A stretch of DNA of 44,757 nt, taken from positions 1 through 44,757 of the forward strand of contig DASYPH010000229.1 in NCBI GenBank assembly GCA_036006925.1, written 5' to 3'. Of the stretch, positions 35,564-44,691 are shown piece after piece. Position 1 is the first letter of the stretch. Each line of letters opens with the position of its first letter. Position numbers and translations under genes: made by a program. A model generated the notes under the pieces. It was not told the DNA's origin, did not search any database, and saw only the letters and a list, made by a program, of their open reading frames with translations. Origin of the DNA: Gaiellaceae bacterium. Lineage in GTDB: Bacteria; Actinomycetota; Thermoleophilia; Gaiellales; Gaiellaceae.

Positions 35564-36766
35564 TCAGGTGGCGTGGTACCGCGCCGCTTCCTCCGAGCCT
35601 CCGGTCGCGTCGCCGGCACTGTAGGAGTGAGCGCCGGCGCCGGCCAGCTTGCCTCCGTCGACGATCAAGTACTCCTCACGGATCGGCCGTCCGTCGAACC
35701 AGCATTCGAGGATCTCGCGGGTGCCGGCTGCGTAGCGCGCCTGCGCGGAGAGCGACGAGCCCGAGATGTGCGGCGTCATGCCGTGGTGCGGCATCGTCCG
35801 CCACGGGTGGTCGTTCGGCGCGGGCTGCGGGAACCAGACGTCGCCGGCATAGCCTGCGAGCCGACCGCTCTCGAGCGCCCGCACGACGGCGTCGCGATCG
35901 CAGATCTTCCCCCGCGCCGTGTTGATCAGGTAGGCGCCACGCTTCATCCGGCCGATCAGCTCGTCGTCGAACAGGTGCTCCGTCTCGGGATGGAGCGGGG
36001 CGTTGATCGTGACCACGTCGCAGACGCCGACCAGCGACTCGACGTTCGGGTGGAACGTCACCCCGAGCTCCGCTTCGGCTTCGGCCGACAGCCTAGTCCG
36101 ATCGGTGTAGTGCAACCCGACCTCGAACGGCTTCAGCCGCCGCAGCACGCCTGAGCCGATGCGCCCGGCCGCGACCGTTCCCACCTGCATCCCTTCCAGG
36201 TCGTAGGAGCGCGAGACGCAATCCGCGATGTTCCAGCCGCCGTCGCGCACCCATTGGTGCGAAGGGAGGTAGTTGCGAACGAGCGAGAGAATCATCATCA
36301 CCACGTGCTCGGCGACGCTGATGCTGTTCGAGTAGGTGACCTCGGTGACGGTGATGCCGCGATCGATCGCCGCTTGCAGGTCGACATGGTCCGAGCCGAT
36401 TCCCGCCGTGATCGCAAGTTTCAGATTCGGTGCCTTCGCGATTCGCTCTGCGGTCAGGTACGCCGGCCAGAACGGCTGTGAGATGACGATCTCGGCCTCG
36501 CCGAGCTCGCGCTCGAACCTCGAGTCGGGCCCGTCCTTGTCGGCGGTGACGATCAGCCGGTGGCCGCGGTCCTCGAGGAACGTCCGCAAGCCGAGCCCGC
36601 CGGAGACGCTGCCGAGCAGCTCGCCGGGCGTGATGTCGACTGCCTGCGGCGTCGGGGTCCTCTGGCCGTCGAAGTAGCGCTCGATTTTCGGGATGTCGTC
36701 GCGCGGATACGCGGTTGGATACCCGTCCACGGGATCGTCGTAGAGGACGCAGAGGATCGTCGCCAT
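35564..36766 (-). CDS. fdh: NAD-dependent formate dehydrogenase
   Basis: 400 aa, near-colinear with my recollection of Pseudomonas sp. 101 FDH (ILCVLYDDPVDGYP...LGSVSG.LGLR...DKDGPDS.FERE...ISQPFWPAYLT.ERIAKA.NLKLA.TAGIGSDHVDL...NSISVAEHVVMMILSLVRNY). Confidence 0.95.
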   Translation of the reverse strand: MATILCVLYDDPVDGYPTAYPRDDIPKIERYFDGQRTPTPQAVDITPGELLGSVSGGLGLRTFLEDRGHRLIVTADKDGPDSRFERELGEAEIVISQPFWPAYLTAERIAKAPNLKLAITAGIGSDHVDLQAAIDRGITVTEVTYSNSISVAEHVVMMILSLVRNYLPSHQWVRDGGWNIADCVSRSYDLEGMQVGTVAAGRIGSGVLRRLKPFEVGLHYTDRTRLSAEAEAELGVTFHPNVESLVGVCDVVTINAPLHPETEHLFDDELIGRMKRGAYLINTARGKICDRDAVVRALESGRLAGYAGDVWFPQPAPNDHPWRTMPHHGMTPHISGSSLSAQARYAAGTREILECWFDGRPIREEYLIVDGGKLAGAGAHSYSAGDATGGSEEAARYHAT

Positions 36767-36800
36767 CGGCAGCGCAGAGTCTCAGGCGGGTTGTCGACTG

Positions 36801-37754
36801 TCAAACGGCTCGCCGCTCGAGCCTCGTCGCGAGTGCGCGAACGCAGGCGCGGAGCTCGCCGGGCCGGCGGATCGCGAAGTCGCAGTCGAGCCCGGCCAGG
36901 AGCGCCGCCACCCAGTCGAGCGAGCTGCTGCGCATGCGCAGCAGCGTGCCGCCCCCGTCGTCGGAGAGCTCGGCCAAGGTCGGCGTGACTCGTCGCGTCG
37001 CGACGTCGAGCGACAGATCGAGCCATACCTCTACCTCCCAGGTCCACGGAACCTGCGCGAGGGACGAGCTGACATAGGCGACCGCATCGAAATCCTCAGG
37101 CGGATCGACGACGACACCGTCGACCAACTCGACGCGGCCGATCCGATCGACGCGAAACGTCCGCAGGTCGCCTCGGTCGTGGTCGTGAGCGGCGAGGTAC
37201 CACCGGCCCCGGTGGACGACGAGGCCGTGGGGGCTCAGCCGGCGTGTCGACAGCACCCCGGCGTAGGAGCTGTACGCGACCTGGATCCGTCGGTGCCTGG
37301 CGATCGCGTCTGCGAGTGACAGCAGCGCCTCGCTCGGTGCAGGGACGCCGGCCAGCGGACGAGCGGTGAATCCGAGTGAGTGCTCGAGCGCCTCGACCTG
37401 CCGCCTGAGTGTCGTCGGCAGCACCCGGTGTAGCTTCCGGAGCGCGCCGTCCGCAGCATCGTGCGCGCTTTCCAGCCCGAGCCGTCTCGCCGCCAGCAAC
37501 CCGAGCGAGACGACCACTGCCTCGTCGTTCGTCAGCATCAGCGGCGGAAGTCGGTACCCCGGCCGGAGGCGGTAGCCGCCACCGACGCCCCGCTGCCCCT
37601 CGACCGGGATCCCCAGCTCTTCGAGGGCCGCGATGTAGCGACGGACGGTGCGCGGCCCGATCTCCAGGCGCTGGCCGATCTCGCGCCCGGTGAGCAGCGG
37701 CTGCTCCTGGAGGAGCTCGAGGAGCGACAGAAGGCGCGAGGTCGGCGTCAGCAC
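36801..37754 (-). CDS. HTH-WYL-domain transcriptional regulator (YafY/PafBC-like architecture)
   Basis: 317 aa. N-terminal HTH (RLLSLLELLQEQPLLTGREIGQRLEIGPRTVRRYIAALEELGIPV) and a central WYL-type segment (SPHGLVVHRGRWYLAAHD). Ends 34 nt upstream of fdh on the same strand. Confidence 0.88.
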   Translation of the reverse strand: MLTPTSRLLSLLELLQEQPLLTGREIGQRLEIGPRTVRRYIAALEELGIPVEGQRGVGGGYRLRPGYRLPPLMLTNDEAVVVSLGLLAARRLGLESAHDAADGALRKLHRVLPTTLRRQVEALEHSLGFTARPLAGVPAPSEALLSLADAIARHRRIQVAYSSYAGVLSTRRLSPHGLVVHRGRWYLAAHDHDRGDLRTFRVDRIGRVELVDGVVVDPPEDFDAVAYVSSSLAQVPWTWEVEVWLDLSLDVATRRVTPTLAELSDDGGGTLLRMRSSSLDWVAALLAGLDCDFAIRRPGELRACVRALATRLERRAV

Positions 37755-37841
37755 GCCCGGCAGTCTCGCAGGTATAGAGGGCCTGATCCGCCCTATTTGA
37801 CCACTAGCGTCGCGGGCACACCGTCCGACAGGAGGCTTCGC

Positions 37842-38360
37842 ATGACGATCACCGCAGCAACGACGTCGAGCCCACGCGACTTCGACTTCTGGTTCGGCAC
37901 CTGGCGCGGGCAGAACCGCCGCTTGCGCGAGCGCCTCGCCGGCTGCGAGGAGTGGGACGAGTTCGAAGGCAGATGCGTCGCTCGCCCGATGCTGGACGGG
38001 TTCGCGAACGTCGAGGAGTTCACCACCGACTTCGCCGGTGGCTTCGTCGGCATGGCCGTCCGTGTCTTCGACCCTGAAACGCGCCTGTGGGCGATCTACT
38101 GGGCCGACAGCCGCATGCCGGGGCTGCTCGAAGCACCGATGATTGGCTCGTTCTCCGACGGGGTCGGCATCTTCGAGTGCGAGGAGCTGTTCGGGGGCCG
38201 CCCGATCACGGTCCGCTTCACCTGGTCGGACATCACGGAGACGTCAGCGCGTTGGGCGCAGTCGTTCTCGGGGGACGGCGGCGCGACGTGGGAGACGAAC
38301 TGGACCACGTTGCACACGCGGTCTAGCGGGCGGCTGTGGGCTCGACCGAGGCGTCTCTGA
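37842..38360 (+). CDS. Conserved hypothetical protein (DUF1579-like beta-barrel, tentative)
   Basis: 172 aa from ATG 37842 (AGGAGG 6 nt upstream): DFDFWFGTWRGQNRRL...W..YW.D. Family name is from memory and uncertain. Confidence 0.6.
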   Translation: MTITAATTSSPRDFDFWFGTWRGQNRRLRERLAGCEEWDEFEGRCVARPMLDGFANVEEFTTDFAGGFVGMAVRVFDPETRLWAIYWADSRMPGLLEAPMIGSFSDGVGIFECEELFGGRPITVRFTWSDITETSARWAQSFSGDGGATWETNWTTLHTRSSGRLWARPRRL

Positions 38361-39993
38361 GGTACTGGTGCACGAATGCGATCGCCATGCTCCCTTCGCC
38401 GACCGCGGCGGCGACACGTTTCACCTGGCTGAAGCGAACGTCGCCGCACGCGAAGATGCCCGGGACGCTCGTCTCGAGCAGGTAGGGGTCGCGGTCGAGC
38501 TCCCAGCGCCCCGCCGTGCGCACATCAGGGCCTGTCATGACGTAGCCATGCCCGTCCAGCGCGATCTCGGGCGGCAGCCATGCTGTGTCTGCATCGGCGC
38601 CGATGAAGACGAAGAGCCCGCCCGAGTCGAGCCGCGTCGTCGCCCCGGTCGCCCCGTCGAGGACGTCGATCGCCTCCAGCGACACCTCGCCATGCACCGC
38701 CGCGATCTGCGCCCGGAAGATCGTCGTGATGTTCGACCTGGTAGCGAGCTGGTCGATGAGGTAGCGGGACATGCCCTTCTCGAGGTCGTCGCCGCGACAG
38801 AGGATCGTCACGCTGCGCGCGTGGTTGGCGAAGAACAACGCTGCCTGCCCGGCCGAATTGCCGGCGCCGACGATGTGCACGTCGAGGCCGTGGGTGTTCG
38901 GCGCCTCGCTTCGTGCGGCGCCGTACGAGATGCCCTTGCCCGACAGGCGGTCGAAACCCTCGATCGACAGGTGACGCCAGGACACGCCACACGCGAGCAC
39001 GATCGTGCGGGCCCGCAGGACCTCCCCGCTGTCGAGCTGTAGCTCTCGACGGTCCGTATCGATGCTCGTGATCGCGCTGGTGACGAGAATCTCGGCGCCG
39101 AGCCGGCGCGCCTGGTGAAGGGCGCGGGTCGCGAGCTCGTCGCCGGAGACGCCCGACGGGAAGCCGAGGTAGTTCTCGATCCGCGACGACGCCCCTGCTT
39201 GCCCACCGGGCGCGTCGCGCTCGATCACGACGGTACGGAGCCCTTCCGACGCTCCGTAGACGGCCGCGGCGAGACCGGCCGGGCCTCCGCCGATGATCAC
39301 CGTGTCGTACTCCGCCGCCGCCGGGTGAGTGGCCAGGCCCAGCAGTTCGGCGACCTGGCGGAGCGCGGGGCGAGCGACTGCCTCACCGTCGACGACTCGG
39401 ATCACCGGGCCGTCGTCGACCGGGGGAAGCTCCCCTCCCCATTCGTCGGCGGCATCCGGCGCGTCGGGCGTGACCCAGCGGAAGGTCACCTGGTTGCGGT
39501 CGAGAAAGCGGCGGAGCTCGGCGCAGGACGCGTCCCACCGATGCCCGAGCACGATCGCCCGGGGCGGCGGTGTCTCGGCGACGATGCCTTGCAACCCACC
39601 GATCCTGGCTCGTGCCAACGCACCGAGTCGCACGCCGATCTCCGGGAACGCCGCCGCCACCGCGTGGTAGTCGCCGGCCGCGACGCGCATCACCCGTGTC
39701 GGTTCGGCAGCGCGAAACCCGAGCGGAAACGGTGTGCCGAGCGCAATCGGCACCTCGCCGAAGAGCTCTCCTGCCTGGCGTCCACCGACGACCGTGGGGA
39801 TCCCGTCGACGAGCCCGACCGTCTCCAGCCGCCCCTCGAGCACCGCAAACAGCGCCCGCTCGTCACCCTGATGCACCGCGTACTCACCCGGCATGAGCAT
39901 GATGTCCGCCGCGTTGCGGGAAAGGCGATCGCACTCCGCCGGCCCGAGCCCTGCGAAGATCGAGATGCCGGCGATGTCCTCGGCGGTCAGCAA
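38323..39993 (-). CDS. Cyclic-nucleotide-binding domain fused to a thioredoxin-reductase-like FAD/NAD(P) oxidoreductase lacking the CXXC
   Basis: Proposed TTG start at 39993 (GGGAG 6 nt upstream), 556 aa. N-terminal cNMP domain (ISIFAGL...ALFAVLEGRLE...GELFGEVPIAL). GGGPAG and GAGNSAG dinucleotide motifs and a C-terminal GIFACGDV. The position of the TrxR CATC reads GAAR. Confidence 0.85.
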   Translation of the reverse strand: MLTAEDIAGISIFAGLGPAECDRLSRNAADIMLMPGEYAVHQGDERALFAVLEGRLETVGLVDGIPTVVGGRQAGELFGEVPIALGTPFPLGFRAAEPTRVMRVAAGDYHAVAAAFPEIGVRLGALARARIGGLQGIVAETPPPRAIVLGHRWDASCAELRRFLDRNQVTFRWVTPDAPDAADEWGGELPPVDDGPVIRVVDGEAVARPALRQVAELLGLATHPAAAEYDTVIIGGGPAGLAAAVYGASEGLRTVVIERDAPGGQAGASSRIENYLGFPSGVSGDELATRALHQARRLGAEILVTSAITSIDTDRRELQLDSGEVLRARTIVLACGVSWRHLSIEGFDRLSGKGISYGAARSEAPNTHGLDVHIVGAGNSAGQAALFFANHARSVTILCRGDDLEKGMSRYLIDQLATRSNITTIFRAQIAAVHGEVSLEAIDVLDGATGATTRLDSGGLFVFIGADADTAWLPPEIALDGHGYVMTGPDVRTAGRWELDRDPYLLETSVPGIFACGDVRFSQVKRVAAAVGEGSMAIAFVHQYLRDASVEPTAAR

Positions 39994-40148
39994 CGGTGTC
40001 TCCCGTCCTGCGTCACGAGACGATCTTACGGGCGGCGTGATTGCACGAGCCGTCGTTCGAAGGGACGGGTCGAGGTTCGTCCCAGCGAACGAGGCACGTC
40101 GAACCTGCGGCCGATGCGTTGCGACGGCCGACGCCGCACACTCGGCGA

Positions 40149-40790
40149 ATGGAACAACGTGCTCGCGGACTCGATGACGCAATCCGCCCGGTGGCGCGGA
40201 CAAGGACACTTCGCGGCCTGACCCGATCGTTGGACTCGCTCGTCGCCACGAACGCCGACCCACACGTGGTCGCGGCGCGCGTGGGGATGCTGCTCGCCCC
40301 CGCGCTCGCCGATCCCGCACTCCTCGAGGCGCGGCACTGTGAACCCGCCGACGATCGGTACCGCCAGCACCTCGTCCACGTGCATCCGACGGGCCGGTAC
40401 TCGATCGTCGCTCTCGTCTGGAAGCCGGGCCAGGCGACGCCGATCCACGACCACCGCTGCTGGTGCGTCGTTGGCGTCTGGCGCGGGCGCGAGCAAGAGA
40501 CGACCTACGACCTGCATGTCGATGCCGGGTCGGAGTACCTCCTGAAGCGCCGGTCGACCGCCGCGCTGGCCGGTGACGTCTCGGTGCTCGTGCCGCCGGA
40601 CGAGGACATCCACCGTGTCGAGAACGGCGGCGAGAGCCTCGCGATCTCCGTGCACATCTACGGAGCCGACATCTCGGTGCTCGGGTCGAGCATCAACAGG
40701 GAGTTCGACGCCGAGCTCGTGCGCGCCCGGGAGCCAGCACAGCGCGAAGCCCCGGTGTCGTGGCGGGCGCTCGAGCCGCGAGAGGCCTGA
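40149..40790 (+). CDS. Cysteine dioxygenase type I-like cupin (CDO/3-mercaptopropionate dioxygenase family)
   Basis: 213 aa from ATG 40149. YRQHLVHVHPTGRYSIVALVWKPGQATPIHDHRCWCVVGVWRGRE...IHRVEN matches the cupin HxH...H iron-ligand pattern of bacterial CDO homologues. Confidence 0.72.
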   Translation: MEQRARGLDDAIRPVARTRTLRGLTRSLDSLVATNADPHVVAARVGMLLAPALADPALLEARHCEPADDRYRQHLVHVHPTGRYSIVALVWKPGQATPIHDHRCWCVVGVWRGREQETTYDLHVDAGSEYLLKRRSTAALAGDVSVLVPPDEDIHRVENGGESLAISVHIYGADISVLGSSINREFDAELVRAREPAQREAPVSWRALEPREA

Positions 40791-40845
40791 GACCTGCAAG
40801 CCGGCGCGCCGACCCCCTTGAGGCAACTGCCGAATCTCTCCGCGG

Positions 40846-41166
40846 TTGCCTTATGGAAGGGCTCTGACACGCTCGGCCGACAGTCCGGTCAGGCACCACC
40901 CCCGGCCGGCACGACGAAGGGAGCGTCTCCCGATCTTCGAGGCGCTGCCCGGCTTCAAGGCTTATCCGGTCGCAGCTGAAGACGGCGGGCTCCTTTCGAT
41001 GAGCGTCTGGGCTTCGCGCGCAGAAGCCCGGTCTGGCAACGATGCCGAGGCTTCGTGGGTCGCAGAGAACATGGCGAGCGAGCTCACAGCGATCGACATT
41101 CGCTACGGCGAAGTCCTGTTCAGCACGGCGCTCGGCGTCACGACTGCAGCCGCAGCGGCCGCCTAG
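40846..41166 (+). CDS. ABM-fold-like protein, possibly truncated or degraded at the N-terminus
   Basis: The C-terminal ~75 aa (FEALPGFKAYPVAAEDGGLLSMSVWASRAEA...) resemble the second half of an ABM domain. The first ~30 aa are Arg/Pro-rich and look non-coding. Confidence 0.35.
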   Translation: MPYGRALTRSADSPVRHHPRPARRRERLPIFEALPGFKAYPVAAEDGGLLSMSVWASRAEARSGNDAEASWVAENMASELTAIDIRYGEVLFSTALGVTTAAAAAA

Positions 41167-41175
41167 CCAAGGTCT

Positions 41176-41207
41176 GAGCCCGGGCGGCGGGGTCTGCCGC
41201 CCGGCTC
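41176..41207 (+). terminator. GC-rich hairpin after the ABM-like ORF
   Basis: GAGCCCGGGCGGC-ggggtct-GCCGCCCGGCTC gives 12 bp with one bulge. No U-tract. Confidence 0.35.
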
Positions 41208-41257
41208 GAACCGCGCGGCACGCGTTCTCACGCAGCGGCATGTTCTAGGCTCCGCCA

Positions 41258-44200
41258 GTGACCTGCCCAGCGTGCGGCACCGAGAATGTCGCGACCGCGA
41301 AATTCTGCAACGGGTGCGGGGCCCCGCTCGCCGTCATGTCGGAGCCGAGCGAGGAGCGCAAGATCGTGTCGGTCCTCTTCTGCGACCTGGTCGGCTTCAC
41401 CGCCGCCTCCGAAGCAGCCGACCCCGAGGATGTTCGCGCACGTATCCGCCCGTACCACGCGAGTCTGCGGCATGAGCTCGAACGGTACGGCGGCACGGTC
41501 GAGAAGTTCATCGGCGACGCAGTGATGGCGGTCTTCGGCGCGCCGGTTGCTCACGAGGACGATCCCGAGCGGGCCGTTCGGGCCGGGCTGCGGATCATCG
41601 AGGCGATCAGCGAGCTGAACGAGCGAGAGCCGGAGCTCGCCCTGCAGGTGAGGGTCGGCATCAACACCGGCCCGGCGGTCGTGTCGCTGCAGGCCCGGCC
41701 CGCGCACGGTGAGGGGATCGTCACCGGCGACGTCGTGAACACCGCGGCGCGCATCCAGTCGGCCGCTCCCGTCAGCGAGGTGGCGGTCTCGGAGGAGACG
41801 TTCCGCCAGACGGAGCGGGTCTTCACCTACGAGCAGCTCGCGTCGGTGGACGCGAAGGGGAAGAGCTCGCCGATGCGTCTGTATCGCGCCGTAGCAGCGC
41901 GAGGACGGTTTGGCGCCGATCTGATCAGGACCCAGGAGAGCTTGTTCGTCGGCCGCGAGGTCGAGAAGACACTTCTCCAGGGTCTCTTCGATCGGTGCGC
42001 TCGCGACTCGACGGTCGAGCTCGTGACGCTCGTCGGCGAGCCGGGCGTCGGCAAGAGCCGGCTCTGCGCCGAGCTCTTTCGCTACATCGACGAGCGTCCC
42101 GAGCTGATCCGCTGGCGGCAGGGCCGCTGTTTGCCGTACGGCGAGGGGATCACGTTCTGGGCGCTCGGAGAGCTCGTTAAGTCGCATGCCGGCGTGTTCG
42201 AGTCGGATTCGCCCGAAGCTGCGGCGGCGAAGCTGGATGACGCTCTCCCCGAGGTCGAGGAACGCGACTGGCTGCGGGCGCGGCTCCTTCCCCTGCTCGG
42301 CATCGACTCCGGGCAGTCGGAATCACGCGAGGAGTCATTCGCTGCTTGGCGGCGTTTCGTGGAATCGATCGCCGCGGACGGGCCGGCCGTCGTCGTCGTT
42401 GAGGATCTCCACTGGGCCGACGCGTCGCTGCTCGACTTCCTGGGTTACTTCGCGGAGTGGGCGCAGGGTGTGCCGCTGCTCCTCCTGTGCACAGCACGCC
42501 CGGAGCTGTTCGAGAAGCACGGAACGTGGGGTGCCGGGACGCGCAATGCACACACGATCAACTTGTCCCCTCTCTCGGAACGAGAGACGAGCGAGCTCGT
42601 CGGCGGCCTGCTGGAACAGAACGTGTCGGAGCAGGTGCGGCAGGCGATCCTGGAGCGCGCGGGTGGCAACCCGTTGTACGCCGAGGAGTTCGTCCGCCTC
42701 GTCGCCGATCGCGGGCTCGGTGACACCCGCGACGGGGTCGCCTTCCCGGACAGCGTCCAGGCACTGATTGCGGCGCGGCTCGACACGCTCGCGCCGGATC
42801 GCAAAGCCTTGCTGCAGGACGCGGCGGTGATCGGCAAAGTGTTCTGGGGCGGCGCCCTCGCCGCAATGGGTGACGTCGACGAGCGCGAGGTCGAGTTGGC
42901 GCTCCACGAGCTTTCCCGGCGCGAACTCGTCCGTCCGGCGCGGCGCAGCACGATGGAAGGCGAGAGCGAGTACGCGTTCTGGCACGTGCTCGTCCGCGAT
43001 GTCGCGTACGGGCAGATCCCGCGCGGCGCACGGGCGCGCAAGCATCAGGCCGCCGCAGCGTGGATGGAGGGAAAGGCCGGCGATCGGGTCGAGGATCTCG
43101 CCGACGTTCTCGCACACCACTATCAGCAGGCGCTCGAACTGGCGCACGCGACCGGCGATGCGCTGCTGGAACAGACCCTCCTGCCACCGGCACGCCGGAT
43201 GCTGGAGCTTGCAGGCGACCGAGCCGCGGCGCTCGACCTGCCGAAGGCGGAGGGCTACTACCGCCGGTCGGTGGAGCTGCACGAACCGGACGACCCCGCC
43301 CTCGCTCCGCTGCTTCTGAAAACCGGACGCCTCGTCGTCGGACTGTCGGTCGCGCGGGCCGACGCCGACGTCGGCAGTGCGGCGGCCCTCTACGAGGCAG
43401 CGGGCGACGAGCTCGGTGCCGCAGAGGCGCTCGTCGACCTGAGCCGCTTCGCCTCGTACAAGGGCAACGACGCTGAGGAGCATGAATACGCGGAGCGCGC
43501 ACGACAGTTGCTCGATCGCCACCCGCCCGGGCCCGTGCTCGCGGGTTATCTCCGTCAGCGAGCGGGTGACGACATGATGAACGGGAGGGCGGCAGAGTGC
43601 GTCGTGAGCTCCGATGCCGCGATCGCGATGGCGACCGAGTTCGGGCTAGATGACCAGGTCGCGAAGGCGCTGCAATACCGTGGGATCGCGCGGACCGAGC
43701 TCGGCGACCTGGGTGGGCTCGACGACGTCCGCGAATCGCTCGAGCTTCTGGCCGACGGTCCGGCCGGCCCACTGGCCATCGGCCGGCTCAACCTCGCCGA
43801 CGCCACTTGGATGTCGGTCGGCGCCGAGGAAGGGCTCGACCTGCACCGGTCACTGCAGGCGTTCGCCGAGTCACGCGGGTTGCGAGGCTCGCTTTGGTGG
43901 TCGAGGTCGGAGTCGACCTGGATGCTCTTCGATCTTGGACGTTGGGACGAGCTGCTCGCGATCGTCGACGAGGTGGCCTCTTCGAGCGGCGAGACCGGCG
44001 GACTCCAGGCGCTCGAGCTCGGCTTGCCTTATCAGGCACTCGTCCTGATGCGGCGCGGGAAACCGTCGCTGGCGAGACCGGTCACGGCCGACGTTCTGCC
44101 GAAAGCCCGTGCAGCTGCCGACCTGCAGCTCCTCGTGCCGTCGCTCGCCGTCAGCTCGCTCGTCGCCTCTGCAAACGGCGACAACACCGCTGCGCTCGAC

Positions 44201-44680
44201 CTCGTACGGGAACTGATCGACGTTACGCGTGGTCGCTCCGACCGTCACCGAGCGCTCTTCCTGCCCGAGCTCACAGGACTGTGCGCGTCACTCGACGCCC
44301 TCGACCTCGCCCGTGAACTGGCCGACGGGATGAGCGTCGAGCTCGGACGAATCGGGTGCGCCCGCATCGCGGCGGCTGCCACGCTCGCCGAGTCGGAAGG
44401 ACGCGTCACCGACGCGTTGGCGCTCTACGACCAGGCACAGAGCCGGTGGCGCGCTTTCGGTGCAGTGCCGGCCTTGGCGGACGCGCTGCTCGGGAAGGGT
44501 CGGTGCCTGGTCACGCTCGGACGAGGAGGCGCCGTCACGCCCGTGACGGAGGCACACGGGCTACTCGGCAGCCTGAGGGATCTGACGACCCAAGCCGCGG
44601 CAGCAGACGTCCTGGCGCGAGCGGAGCCGCCAACGGGATCGCCCGCCCCAGTGAGCGCGTCGCGGGACGACGCGAGTTAG
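41258..44680 (+). CDS. Zinc-ribbon / class III adenylate-guanylate cyclase / STAND (AAA_16) ATPase / TPR multidomain protein
   Basis: 1140 aa. CPACG...CNGCG zinc ribbon. Cyclase motifs VLFCDLVGFT, GGTVEKFIGDAVMAVFG, RVGINTG and GDVVNTAARI. Walker A GEPGVGKS and Walker B VVVVEDLHWAD. Long helical repeat C-terminus with no obvious HTH. Confidence 0.9.
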   Translation: MTCPACGTENVATAKFCNGCGAPLAVMSEPSEERKIVSVLFCDLVGFTAASEAADPEDVRARIRPYHASLRHELERYGGTVEKFIGDAVMAVFGAPVAHEDDPERAVRAGLRIIEAISELNEREPELALQVRVGINTGPAVVSLQARPAHGEGIVTGDVVNTAARIQSAAPVSEVAVSEETFRQTERVFTYEQLASVDAKGKSSPMRLYRAVAARGRFGADLIRTQESLFVGREVEKTLLQGLFDRCARDSTVELVTLVGEPGVGKSRLCAELFRYIDERPELIRWRQGRCLPYGEGITFWALGELVKSHAGVFESDSPEAAAAKLDDALPEVEERDWLRARLLPLLGIDSGQSESREESFAAWRRFVESIAADGPAVVVVEDLHWADASLLDFLGYFAEWAQGVPLLLLCTARPELFEKHGTWGAGTRNAHTINLSPLSERETSELVGGLLEQNVSEQVRQAILERAGGNPLYAEEFVRLVADRGLGDTRDGVAFPDSVQALIAARLDTLAPDRKALLQDAAVIGKVFWGGALAAMGDVDEREVELALHELSRRELVRPARRSTMEGESEYAFWHVLVRDVAYGQIPRGARARKHQAAAAWMEGKAGDRVEDLADVLAHHYQQALELAHATGDALLEQTLLPPARRMLELAGDRAAALDLPKAEGYYRRSVELHEPDDPALAPLLLKTGRLVVGLSVARADADVGSAAALYEAAGDELGAAEALVDLSRFASYKGNDAEEHEYAERARQLLDRHPPGPVLAGYLRQRAGDDMMNGRAAECVVSSDAAIAMATEFGLDDQVAKALQYRGIARTELGDLGGLDDVRESLELLADGPAGPLAIGRLNLADATWMSVGAEEGLDLHRSLQAFAESRGLRGSLWWSRSESTWMLFDLGRWDELLAIVDEVASSSGETGGLQALELGLPYQALVLMRRGKPSLARPVTADVLPKARAAADLQLLVPSLAVSSLVASANGDNTAALDLVRELIDVTRGRSDRHRALFLPELTGLCASLDALDLARELADGMSVELGRIGCARIAAAATLAESEGRVTDALALYDQAQSRWRAFGAVPALADALLGKGRCLVTLGRGGAVTPVTEAHGLLGSLRDLTTQAAAADVLARAEPPTGSPAPVSASRDDAS

Positions 44681-44691
44681 CGTCCGCCCCT

